From: Nemertoderma westbladi
Taxonomy: Eukaryota > Animalia > Xenacoelomorpha
Assembly: GCA_032718475.1 (NCBI GenBank)
Contig: JAUCBJ010007327.1
Coordinates: 1-48,536, forward strand
Length of the DNA: 48,536 nt
Direction: 5' to 3'
Shown here: piece after piece, positions 1 to 11,300 of the stretch
How the letters are laid out: each line of letters starts with the position of its first letter
Position numbering within the stretch: the stretch's first letter is position 1
Notes under the pieces: model-generated
Database searches by the model: none
The model's input: only the letters and a program-made list of their open reading frames with translations
What the model was told of the DNA's origin: nothing
Made by a program: the position numbers and the translations under genes

Positions 1-1265
1 GAAGGTCTGAAAGCAGAAAGCGGATGATGCCAGAGGAACGGTGATAACCAAGAAACGGCCCAGGGAAGAGGACGCCAGGGGGAACTACCCCCGGAGGAAC
101 AGATAGGTTCCCAGAGTGGAGGGAGAGAGACTGAGACTGGGACGTGGTGCGCCTGGAAGGCGCCGCGTGGGATGTACGAACTATTAAGTACAAATTCAAT
201 TAATGCAAAATAATCATATAAGTGCAATTTGTATGTACGTACGTAGTAATTAGTAATCTAGAAATATACATACGTTCGGAGTAAGTACTATAGTCATACA
301 ACCTTTCTCAATTAGCTACTGGGACTGGGGGGCTAAGTGACTATGGCACTATGGACGAGACACCAGACAATTTCACACTTCTTGAGTGCGACGGCACGAG
401 AGGGGGGGGGGAGATTCGTCAGAAGGGAAGAGGCAGCCGAAGTGAGGTTGAGGGACGGAATAATAGTGCGGAGTGCGAAGAGAGTGCGGACGCAATTCTA
501 GTGTGGGGGGGAGAATAAGAGGCTGAGCGAGGGACGAGGAGGTCCGAGTGTGAGAGAGTTAGGGTGAGAGTGGAGGTGAGATAGGGCGGAAGTGTTGGGG
601 AAACAAAAGTTGCGTGAAAGGTGAGTGCGATCGGCCCGACATGAGACGCCAGGCACACAGGGTAGCGTTATCATACCCATAGGGGGCGGCCTGGAAAGCC
701 GACCCCGAGAGAAAAGAATTCCACCCCACACCCGATACTAGATCGGGATCCAGCGGGATTGTAGCGCACTTTTAGGTTGATGCTATCTTCTTACCGGGAA
801 GATAGCATGGGGGGGAGTGTTAGCTTATCCAATCCCGCTAACACCCCATAAAGTTATAAGCCGATAAGCAATATTGGGAGCCACGAGATTGGGCAATTAA
901 CCAACTCGTGCCATCCCAATAAGAGTGGGAAGGAAGCACACAATAAAGGGTCAGGGGCCAAACCCCTAACCCAGAGAGTACAGGTGGAGTGAACGGGAAC
1001 ACTCCACGGGGCGCCAACAAGGGTAACAACCAATCAGAGGGGGGCAAGGCATCGATTGAGTAGAGCAATAAGGCCACTGTGCAATATAACCAGTAACACA
1101 ATGTCAGTAATTCAGTTATCTCAGTGCAGTGTAGGTTAGTTAGTTTAGATAGGGGAGCACGGAACTTTAGTTACCGTATCCCGCCTTCCATATATTATAC
1201 TACAGTCATCATATCTATATCTTATACCCATCAATTATTATACACCGAATATCAGAACTCATTCA

Positions 1266-3062
1266 CTATTTCCGTTTACTCTTTATACACGGCGGGGACG
1301 CGTAAACTAAACACCGGATAAATCGGGATCCCTCCTGGATCCCGTCACAGATTTCAAGAACAGGCCTAATTATTTCAGGCTCATCTACTATAGTAGGGAG
1401 TCTTTCTATTTTAATTATTTGGTCTGTGGGTTCTGTACTACCTAAGCCTGCGATGGTTAGTTGTCTTTTAACAGCTGGGGGCAAATCAGGCAATTTCTGA
1501 CAGTGAGATGTTCTTCTACGTCTGCTTAGACGAGATCTATTTCCTCCGCCTTCAGCATCGGTGGTATCGCCTTCCTCAGATGATGTATATCCCTGCCTTT
1601 TGGGAGTAGATCGATTCATCATCTGCATATTACTAGCTGTTAATTGTTTATTGATGTTGTCTTGCCTCTCTTGAAGATTTTCCAACTCTAGTTGGGTGGT
1701 CTCTTCAGCCGCTCTCCGTTCTGCTTCTGCCGCTGCAGCTGCCAAAGCCGCTTTTCTTTCTGCCTCTGCCGCTGCAGCTGCCAAAGCCGCTTTTCTTTCT
1801 GCCTCCGCCGCTGCAGCTGCCAAAGCCGCTTTTCTTTCTCCCTCTGCCACTGCAGCTGCCAAGGCCGCTTTCTTTCGGTCTTCTATCCGTTTTTTCTTTA
1901 CTTGTTCTTCTTGGGCTCTAGCGAAGCGGAGTTGTTCATCAAATTTAGCTTGGTTCGCAGCTATCCTATCCACATCGATTGCGTCCAACACAAGCTTGGC
2001 TCCTTCACTATTAGGGCTAAGTCCATCCAGTCGTCTCCTCAACTCTTCGTCCCCTACAAAGCGTTGATAGTCTGACAGATAGATGTCAATAGCATCCCTC
2101 TTATGCGGTTTCTCTGCTGTCGCTTCACTTTCCACTTGGGAAAAGGTAGCGTCTGTGGATTCCCCAAGTGTTGAGCGCTCATCTAACTGCGATTTCCACG
2201 GGGCAGCTCTTTGAACTTGGAGACTCACCCGCTGTAACCAAGTCTTTACGGCAACTTGCAACGATGTGTCTTGCTTTCTTTTCGAAGCCTCCTCAAAGGC
2301 AGATAAGATTAGTCTGATTCTTAGAATTCTTTCTCTAACTTGATAAAGCAGCTCTCCCTGCTCTTGAGGTCCTTGTGGTTGTCTAAACAGTTGTTCCTCT
2401 AATCGCTCCATAGAGCTGAAGAATCCCTGTACGTATCCGGCTGCTGACCTCTTCCATACAGCTGGATCGATGGTTTCCTTTGTTACTCCCATCCTGTGTA
2501 TGTCTTCCCAAGCAGCTTCCGATAAGTCAAACGGTAGTCCGGGTCCGGGGAAGCTCCATTGCGACTCGACAATAGACTTCAGTTCTTCCCGTGTATATCC
2601 CGCATAACTATCCTTGGTCGATCGCTTACTTCTCGTCCAATCAATCTGGTGTTCCTCCACCGCAATCAGTACCCTGGTGAGTATGGCTGCGGGAAGGATG
2701 AGAAGGGGATCCGAATAAACCGTATCCGCCATTTTCGCTCCGCGTTCGGGCGTTAGCTCAACAGTATCCGAACTACTGGAGCTCTCGGGCCGCTGAGAAC
2801 TAGGTTCTTGACTAGGAGGTTGCTGCGGTTTGACAGCTGCTTCTTGATCCCGCTTAACTTGGGCCCGAGTACCGATGATAGACCTACGGTGTTGGATTAG
2901 CCTAGGGTCTGATATTACTACAGGAGGGATGACCTTCCTCACAGTAGGAGGTGAACTGAACTTAGATCTAGACGGTTCCACCCCCCTATCTGAGTCACAG
3001 ATAGTTACATCTAATAAACTGTCTGACAGGTTCTGCCTAGTATCAGACATGATTGTTTGCAC
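1266..3062 (-). CDS. Orphan 598-aa intronless ORF (Ser/Pro-rich N-terminus, globular middle, Ala-rich helical repeats); probably encoded by an unclassified mobile element
   Basis: Long uninterrupted ORF (first ATG at MSDTRQ, track start is non-ATG); a 113-codon segment has a gap-free paralog at 39705-40043; no recognised domain. Confidence 0.7.
   Translation of the reverse strand: MQTIMSDTRQNLSDSLLDVTICDSDRGVEPSRSKFSSPPTVRKVIPPVVISDPRLIQHRRSIIGTRAQVKRDQEAAVKPQQPPSQEPSSQRPESSSSSDTVELTPERGAKMADTVYSDPLLILPAAILTRVLIAVEEHQIDWTRSKRSTKDSYAGYTREELKSIVESQWSFPGPGLPFDLSEAAWEDIHRMGVTKETIDPAVWKRSAAGYVQGFFSSMERLEEQLFRQPQGPQEQGELLYQVRERILRIRLILSAFEEASKRKQDTSLQVAVKTWLQRVSLQVQRAAPWKSQLDERSTLGESTDATFSQVESEATAEKPHKRDAIDIYLSDYQRFVGDEELRRRLDGLSPNSEGAKLVLDAIDVDRIAANQAKFDEQLRFARAQEEQVKKKRIEDRKKAALAAAVAEGERKAALAAAAAEAERKAALAAAAAEAERKAALAAAAAEAERRAAEETTQLELENLQERQDNINKQLTASNMQMMNRSTPKRQGYTSSEEGDTTDAEGGGNRSRLSRRRRTSHCQKLPDLPPAVKRQLTIAGLGSTEPTDQIIKIERLPTIVDEPEIIRPVLEICDGIQEGSRFIRCLVYASPPCIKSKRK
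1707..1875 (-). repeat. 39-bp coding tandem repeat (about 4 copies) encoding AALAAAAAEAERK
   Basis: ctgcagctgccaa recurs with a 39-nt period (units near 1732, 1771, 1810, 1849). Confidence 0.95.
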
Positions 3063-3183
3063 AGTTGAATGCCTACTGCTATATTACAGTCTAAGCAAGT
3101 CTAGTAATTCAGTATTAACTGTTAGCCTAGTAATTAATTACCGATACTGCTACTCAGTGTAGCGTGATATATATATAATATAT

Positions 3184-3436
3184 TAGAATACCGGTATGTT
3201 TATATTATATATATAAGTATTATTACAGACTAGGTTTGTCACAGAATACCGGTATATAAATTTAGCACAAATATATATAAATATATAATAGGCCTATCGT
3301 GAATACCGGTATACAGCTTACACTTATAGTATATATAAGTATAATTCTGGACTAGAATTAATTACAGAATACCGGTATAATTTCAGCCTAAATTTATAGA
3401 AATAAAGATAATAGGCCTATCGTAAATACCGGTATA
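3184..3436. repeat. Degenerate tandem repeat with five ATACCGGTAT palindromic cores
   Basis: aataccggtat near 3187, 3245, 3302, 3368, 3425; alternating units suggest a ~120-bp higher-order repeat. Confidence 0.8.
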
Positions 3437-4380
3437 TCAATTATTTTAAATAATTGAATTTCTGAATTTTAGGGGTTACTTGGTTACTTTGCTTACTTTA
3501 TTACCGTTATTTGAGCAGTAGTCCAACTGATATTGAGACGTAATTGTTGTATGACAGGCCTACTATTTATAAATCGTTTGAGTTGATTTATAATATATAT
3601 ACCCGTTTTAATGGGTTTTGTCAATATTTGAAATAAATGTTATTATTTCTGGGAAGGAGTCACTAAACAGAAGCTGTGCGCTCTCAGTGAAGTGCTACTT
3701 GTTGGACACTAAAACAAATAATTATAATTTACCTAAGTTACTTATTACTACAAATTACGTACAATTCTGGGTGAGATTACAATCTCTAAATAAACACAAA
3801 AATTACAAAAACACAAATACAAATTTTTAGGGTAATTTTACAAGAAGTCTACAAACCAGCCTAACAAAGGGTTAGAAATCTGGTTATTACAAACGGACAG
3901 GATACTACGGTATTTGAAAATAATAAGTAGTAGTAAATACACTGCGTTGTCCAGATAGGAAAATACCACCGTCTGACGACCTATAGCCATATCGCTATAG
4001 GTACTACGTTATGTATCACGGAGTGTCCCTACCTAGAAGTTAATTACCGCGGTCCACCAGAACCAACGTGCCTATTAACCACTTTACAATACAAATATAC
4101 TGCCTACACACTAATTACCTTCGGAAAACACTGTACACTAAACCCTAAATTAGGTACAAGTACTTGTACAACAAATAATCAGTAGTTAAAAATACTTGAA
4201 CAGCTAAAAGAACCACGGCATCTGCTGGAGTGACCGGTGCACAAAATCACCAGTCTTTACCTACGCCAAGCAGCCCGTGTAGTACCGGGGTTAATTTAAC
4301 TATAACGGTATATATAACAAGCACAATTACTGTGGGAATAAACTTAGGGATATGAATGTTGCGAATAATCGCATAAACTC

Positions 4381-4962
4381 TGAATAATAAATATTATGCT
4401 ACCCGTACAAACTACTCAAACAAAATACAAACCAAACGCTGGCAGACTACTATCACGCCCAAATAAATTACAGTATGTGCAGATTCCGAAATGGTTAGTT
4501 AGTATGCGTTCTAACCGAGTAGTACGACTTATTCTTTCAGAGGGGGTTTACCTTACAGCTCTGGCTGCCCCAACGTTCCCAACTAGTACTTTATCGGACA
4601 TACACTCTACACACACTACAATCCCTTCAGACCTAACAACAGCCAGACAACAATCTAGCCTATAAATTATCTGAATAAGAAATATTACGGTACCTGTACA
4701 GACTACACAAACAAAATACAAACCAAACGCTGGCAGACTACTATCAAGCCTAAATAAACTACAGGACATGCAGACTCCGAAATGGTTAGTTAGTATGCGT
4801 TCTAACCTAGTAGTACGACTTATTCTTTAGGTGGGGATTTACCTTACAGCTCTGGCTGCCCCTACTTCCTAACCGTAACTTTATCGGACATACACTCTAC
4901 ATGCACTGCAATCCGTTCAGACCTAACAACAGTCATAACAACAGTCCAGCCTACAAATTATC
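4381..4962. repeat. 291-bp tandem duplication (2 copies)
   Basis: accaaacgctggcagactactatca at 4431 and 4722; colinear similarity across the unit. Confidence 0.9.
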
Positions 4963-6392
4963 AGTACGATCTGAGCAGGGTTACACGCCTTCTGCTCAAT
5001 ATCAGCCTACTAGTGAATAAAACTGACAGAAATAAATAAGCTCCAGAAGAAACAAGGGGTGTACAGTCCCTAATCTCTTAAGCAGCCTACTAACGTAATA
5101 TCACAATCGAAATAATACTGTTGTACGGTACCTGTACTGTAAGTACCGGTTCCGGTGGTTAGGTAGTTAGGCCTACAGGTTACCGGTCGACCGGTACTTC
5201 TCTCTTTATTGCTTACGCCGCAATAAAGAAACTAAATATCTGTTATTGTTCGCGCTTTCAGACCTTTAGCAGTTTAACCTGCCAAATTAGGATGTCTTCT
5301 AGATAATAAATCGACTTTAGCCTATGACGAGTATTGGATACACTACATTAGCCGAAGCCAGTCTATGCGCGACCATTCACCCGTTGGATATACCCGGGAG
5401 ACTGGATTCGGGGCTTAATCTTATTGCGTTGTAAGCCTACTGTATTATTCGACTGATCGTAATATATAATCTCTGACAAATATTATTCACTTTCGGGAAA
5501 TATTAACAGTTCCTTTAGGACGTGGCGCTCTATCTATGTAAACAGAGCTATGACTTAAACTAGACACAACTGGATGGCTATAGATTAACGTATATGGCGC
5601 ATTCTTTAGGATATGCTTTGTTATCAGTCTCAATCATACACGCTACTGCACAATACTGCACACCAATCTGCCGACCTTCACTAATTTTAGTCACACATAA
5701 AGAGAACAACGACTCATACTTGTAGTGCTTATGAAATAGCATTAGATTCACTTCAAAACCACTTTAAGGTGAGTCGCAATCGTTATATGTAACCGGTCTC
5801 CCTTACCTGCAGTATATCAAGAATATTGAGGGTTTGTTATGATTTATCGATATTCCAATATAATATTCCATCAACTGATATAATGAATAACCGACAGTAA
5901 ATAGCAGTACAAATGTTAAGATATTAAGCACTGGTTTGATATGAATTGAGTATTGTTAAGTAAGTATGATATAAACCAAGATAACAGATATACGTTCTAT
6001 AATTAAACCTACTAATGTTGGGCTAAAGCCTGAAAACACAGAGATTCCAAAGCCGGTCTTCGTGGCATAAGGAAAAAAGGTAAACATAAACAGTAATGCA
6101 TTGCGCGATTTCTCGGAGTTTTCTGTGTAAAAAGCAAGAGAATCGCTCTGATTGGTTGAGTGATTGCCTAAACAAAGAAACTTCCACGAGTACACCAAAT
6201 CAGCTGATAGATGTCGTATGCGGCATAAGATTGCTAGTTATGTCCACCAAAGTACACATACAGAAGAATAGCTTTTTATGTCCACTAAATACCGGTACAG
6301 TAAGGAAACGGCTTTTATGTCCGTTAAAACATCTACAGAGTACTTTGAGGGGAAAAAATGACTAGCTAATCCCGCAAAAGCTTTTACAATTA

Positions 6393-6536
6393 GTGATGCG
6401 GAAATCGGATGTGACAGTTATGTAATATATTCCCTTAAAATTGGAATCCAATATTTCACGTCGAGATGTACAGAATGAGTTTCGTTGAGAAATGGTTGTA
6501 ATATTGGACGCTTCTGCGCTGGACCCCTATTATCTA
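6393..6536. repeat. Dispersed repeat, copy 1 (copy 2 at ~23024-23194); possibly a Helitron/HINE-like end
   Basis: Near-identical ttaaaattggaatccaatatttcacgtcgagatgtacagaatgagtttcgttgagaaatgg...gacgcttctgcgctggac; ends near CTAG. Confidence 0.75.
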
Positions 6537-6554
6537 GTTTAAGTCAACCAAAAT

Positions 6555-8170
6555 TACTTTAATTTTTTAATTAAATTCATTTTTGTAATTAAGTCAACCA
6601 AAATTATGAACAAGAATGGCGCAAGTGTGACTCCATGGAGGACTCCCCATAACACTTCAAATGGTTCTGTGTCACCATCAACAGTAGACACAAAATGTTG
6701 TTGAACCATCGTATACTGATCTGATTGCTGCAATAATTTCATCAGGAATCCCATATAATGAAAGTATGCTGAACATACGTGAGCGAGTAACTTGAGGGAC
6801 TCTTGTTGTTCTGTACATGTCTACTATGATGGGATAGATGAGCTTTAAACACTACAACACAGGGTGATGTAGGTGATTGATGCAGACTTGCATTAAAGTC
6901 TCCTAGGAATGTTAAGTATGCATACTGATACACTCCATCAGTAGCTGCTTATACATTGTGGTAGAAATTTTCCACCTCCTCTACTGGGGCAACACTAATT
7001 GGAGCACACAATCAGAACCACCTTAGGAAACTTCTTAGCCAGAACATGAGAAGTGGCAACGGATGATGCGGTTAGAGATTTTGTCTATTTTGTCCAATGC
7101 TTCATGTGTAGTTGGATTAATCAATAGACCAATTCCACCATTGCTACTCTATCATCTGCTGATGCGAGAGGGCGAGTCGCCAACCACCCCCATGTCCTTA
7201 ATCAGAACCTCACCAGTCTGTCCAGTCTGCTTTCGGTGCTCTTGAATACCCACTGCGCTAAGAGAAAGCTTATCTGCGAAGGCAGTCAGCTCACCTTGTC
7301 ACATTGGGGAGCCAAGTGTTAGGGTGTTAACTGAGGCTAGTCTAGTGACTTGCCTCAGATTCACCAATGGCTTGTTTGGTCAGGATGGAACATGAGAGTA
7401 GACTTCAACTCCAGAATCCCTCTCTCCCTCACAATCTGGCCTCCCTGGTGACCCAGGGTTTGGGGCCAGAAAGGTCATCAGGAAAGGGACCCACAGAATT
7501 GTTGGCCGCTCTCTCTCCAGTAGGGGGTGAGACAGGCAGCCGGCCAGGAGATAACTGACGCCTGTGAGGCCAATTTTGTCCAGTAATTCCACTGGCCTCT
7601 AGTGGCCAGGCCTCTACATTACTAATGTAATTCGTAGTGGGGGTTGGGGGTGTTATTTTGCCGAGTCAGCTCTCGGGGCAAGTACCACACTCTGGTTTGC
7701 CATTCTACAGTGTCAGACAGTGTACAGTCTACAGTCTACAGAGTCAGATATAAGGCCCATCCCCTATACCTACTCTGACGCACATGACCCACCATTGGCT
7801 GTGCAGCTCATCTGCTGGGCCCGCCATGCCCTGTACCCCTGCTGCCAGGTGCAGGTCGCAGTAAAGTGCACTCAGAGTGGACATGAGAACACTCCACTCC
7901 TGACCAGCCATTGGTAGATCACCATCTGCCTGGCCAGGCCATATACCCCTGCACCCAAGTATATGAGTCCTTAATCCAGGAACAAGGGCGTGCTTATCCC
8001 AGAACAATGTGGTTCCTAGTTACAGGACGAGATTTGCCCTAGTAAGAGGTTCTATTGCCACAGGTGGCACCTCCTTTATGCTGCATGGAGGTGGCAAGTT
8101 TTCTTGATCAATGACCTAGAATACCTGAGTCGACCTGCCTTGTTCCTAGCAACTTACATGGTGTGTAATC
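6555..8170 (-). mobile_element. Degenerate, internally deleted RTE-clade LINE (5' region, AP endonuclease, RT fragment)
   Basis: Broken frames give LASVNTLTL, VGIQEHR, GIGLLI, FLGDFNA (APE) and GVLHGVTLAPFLFIILVD (RT, cf. GVLQGDTLAPFLF). Confidence 0.8.
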
Positions 8171-8689
8171 TCTGTAGATTTGGAGGTTGAGATGGATGAC
8201 ACAATATAGCAATCTTCGCCCTCAAATGAGTGTTAACAACATCGTTTATTGTTTTGTTGAGAAAAAGCTGTCTCTGTTACCTGCCATCGCTGTAACCTCC
8301 TCCTTTCCCCCTTAATCGGGCGAAGGTTGGACGCAGGCGAAGATTTCACACGGGCAAAGATTACACCCAACCTAATCAACCCCCTATTACCATTCCGATT
8401 CACCTTTATGCCATATTCAATAGACCATACGTTTAATGTTACTAAGAGTCAGAATCAATTACCGATTTAGTGTATTAGTTTTTTAACAGAATAAGTCAAG
8501 ACATATTTCTATGATGTAGCTGACATCAGATATACGATAGTAATAGTATCAGAATATAAATGCACTCCAGATATCTACAGTACAGGTACTGTCCTGTTAC
8601 TGTCCTGTTAATTAAAATTAGTATGGATGGATATTATGTATGGAAAGAAACAGCCTACAGTACAGAAGGAAACTTACTGTATCTACCCA

Positions 8690-9172
8690 TAACTTGCTAC
8701 TGTTTGTCTGTCCGTCTGTCTGTACTGTAATAGAAAATTCAATCGTTTTGAAGCCTTTATTCAATTTTAACCTAATTTGGAAGAACCTACTAGAGGAAAA
8801 GTTCCAAATATTTTGAAAATTTTCGTTGGCATTCGTGCTGCACGAGTCAAGTACTCGGGTTGCCCGTTCTCGAGTGAGCAGCCGCTCGTGCTGCGCTACG
8901 CTACACGTACGTTTATTTATATAATGCGAGACGTTCGAATGGGCTAGAGTCCTGAAGTGTTATAGTGGAACCACAAACTTATCCACCCCCACACACATAC
9001 ATACTAATAAAGATGTTGCGATGTCTGGTTATAATTCTACTCCAGCTCTCCGAAATGTTGATCCAATCGACGGTAAACAAACTGAACATATACAAAAAAA
9101 ACCACTAATTTCAAGGTCTTCATAACTCGGTGAAAAGGGCTCCTTACCGCAACGCTTGCCTTGCGTTTCTAG
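8690..9172 (+). mobile_element. Possible Helitron/Helentron-derived non-autonomous element (HINE-like)
   Basis: (GTCT)-type microsatellite at ~8701-8723; 3' hairpin cgcaa-cgcttgcc-ttgcg followed by CTAG|T at 9169-9173. Confidence 0.3.
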
Positions 9173-9239
9173 TTAACATGTGATATAGTTAAATCTCGTA
9201 TAAAGTACATTTTAATCCAACTAACTTGGTCTTTAGGTG

Positions 9240-9800
9240 ACGAAGGAGGTTTAATTTGCAGCCGTTATGCTGGGTTTTTATCCACGATCCAAGGTAGAGG
9301 CGAAGGCCTACTGGTGGACGTCAACTTCACGAGGTGGATTATTATCAATAGAGGTAAAGTTAACATTGAAAGTCGATTTTGGTAGCATTTATATGCAATC
9401 CAACCTCCTTAGCAGTCCACTTTGTTCAATTGTACATAAGCTAGCGCATTATAAATCAGGGCAATGTCATCAGCAAATTCGGTGTCTGTGACTGTACAGT
9501 AGTTGCCTGATATCTGTTGCTTCTAGGCCTCTGTAGTGTGAAAGATCTTCTAAATTTGTAGCTGCCCATCATTGTGTAATCCAATACAATTATGAATAAT
9601 ATTGGCGATAATGTGTCTCCTTGCAGTACACCAGTCAGGATTGATAAGACCTCAGTTTCACAACGTCGTTAAATTATCTTAGCCTCTGTGTAAATCCCAG
9701 CAACGATTACTTCTGGTATTCCTTCCATAAGCTCTTAGCATTTGCAACATTTTATCTTCATGGATGGAATCGAATGCTTTCTTGAAATCTACAAACAAAT
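9240..9800 (-). mobile_element. RTE-clade reverse transcriptase fragment
   Basis: FVDFKKAFDSIH, GVLQGDTLSPILFIIVLDY and FADDIAL read on the minus strand, with frameshifts. Confidence 0.85.
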
Positions 9801-10200
9801 GTCAGAACTATTAGCGAATACTTTTATAACAACAAAGGTCAGGACTATGAGCTAATACTTTTATAACAACAAAGGTCAGGACTATTAGCTAATACTTTTA
9901 TAACAACAAAGGTCAGGACTATTAGCTAATACTTTTATAACAACAAAGGTCAGGACTATTAGCTAATACTTTTATAACAACAAAGGTCAGGACTATTAGC
10001 TAATACTTTTATAACAACAAAGGTCAGGACTATTAGCTAATACTTTTATAACAACAAAGGTCAGGACTATTAGCTAATACTTTTATAACAACAAAGGTCA
10101 GGACTATTAGCTAATACTTTTATAACAACAAAGGTCAGGACTATTAGCTAATACTTTTATAACAACAAAGGTCAGGACTATTAGCTAATACTTTTATAAC
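9801..10200. repeat. 37-bp minisatellite, left part (~11 units)
   Basis: Unit acttttataacaacaaaggtcaggactattagctaat, near-perfect head-to-tail copies. Confidence 0.97.
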
Positions 10201-10232
10201 TTTTACCTCAACCAACCCAAAGAACCCAGACA

Positions 10233-11300
10233 GTGCCAGTACCGTTCGGAGATAGTTATATCGGCTCTACAATCTGGAATGACAGCCACAGCACCATGAT
10301 AAACTCACCATCTTACACACAATCAACTGGGGAATCCACTAGGGAATGGCCAATGTCGACTTCCGCATCTACATTTTCCCCTGGGGTCGATATCGGTAGA
10401 CCAACCAGTAACATCATGCAGCCGACTGTCATGCCAACCCATCCAAATAATTACGGGTACTATCATGGAACTGGATTCGAACCTAATCAGTTAGGGGGCT
10501 CTCAACGAACCGGGTTTGGGGCCGCAGCTCCGGTGCCACCTACCGGTACTAGCGCCAGTGCCGGATTCGAATCAACTTTGAACAAGATACTCGGAGAAAT
10601 TCAAACGGTAAAAGCAGAGAATCGAGAGTTACGAGGATGTGTCGAACACACCATGGCTGAAGTAAACCGCAGCAATAACCTAATCAAAGCCAGGATGGAT
10701 GAAGTCGAGAAATCAAATGCAAACCTGTATGCCGAAGTTGGTAATATGAGGGCGAAATATAAAGTACTAGAAGAAGACAACATATTCCTATCCCGTTCTC
10801 TATCTAAGGTTACAGATTATCTTGAAGGAATAGAATATGGTAAGAGGGGAGGAAACCTAATCATCACCGGTCTTCCTCCAGATCAATCTGGCTCGGTGGA
10901 TGACAGTACGGCGGTTCATAACCTGTTAATGAAATAAGAGGTAGACGGGAAAATCATAGAAGGGTGCATAGTGAAGCGCCTTGGAAAGGCCAACACTGGT
11001 ACACCTGGTGGGAATCGAATAAACCCAGTACTAGTGACACTAGTGGACAAAGAAAAGAGAGATCTCGTGTTGTCCAAAGCCCCGAAGCTAAAGAATATGG
11101 GCGAAGAATTTAAAGACATCTATGTGAAAAAAGATGTCCCGCCAGGTATCCGGCGTGCCAACGGAGGGCTGCGCAAGGTTCTTAAAGAAGAAGTTGCGAA
11201 ATCAGAGAACACTGGTTGTAATCTCTCGATTGATTGGACGAAACGAGCCATTATCAGGGATGGTCTGGTGATATATCGCTCAGATTGGAACCTTTTTTGA
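10233..11300 (+). pseudogene. LINE ORF1 (coiled coil + RRM-like + C-terminal domain) with one in-frame TAA at 10935-10937
   Basis: ORFs 10233-10937 and 10971-11300 share one frame; motifs RGGNLIITGLP, RLGK, RINPVLV, IYVKKD are typical of L1/CR1-type ORF1. Confidence 0.85.

Noticed and set aside
809-830. Polypurine tract followed by TGT as the start of a 3' LTR
   Set aside because: No matching LTR end or second LTR in the window; the TGTTAGC is explained as a hairpin arm
1692-2075. Plus-strand Cys-rich and Ala-rich ORFs
   Set aside because: Antisense shadows of the 39-bp coding repeat
3973-4010. Hammerhead ribozyme (CTGACGA followed by an 8-9-bp hairpin)
   Set aside because: The stem is followed by ACTAC instead of GAAA, and no stems I/III were found
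7440-7490. Minimal hammerhead on the minus strand (CUGAUGA...AAACCCUGGGUC)
   Set aside because: CAAA instead of GAAA, weak stem II and no stem I; the SECIS/K-turn fold pairs much better
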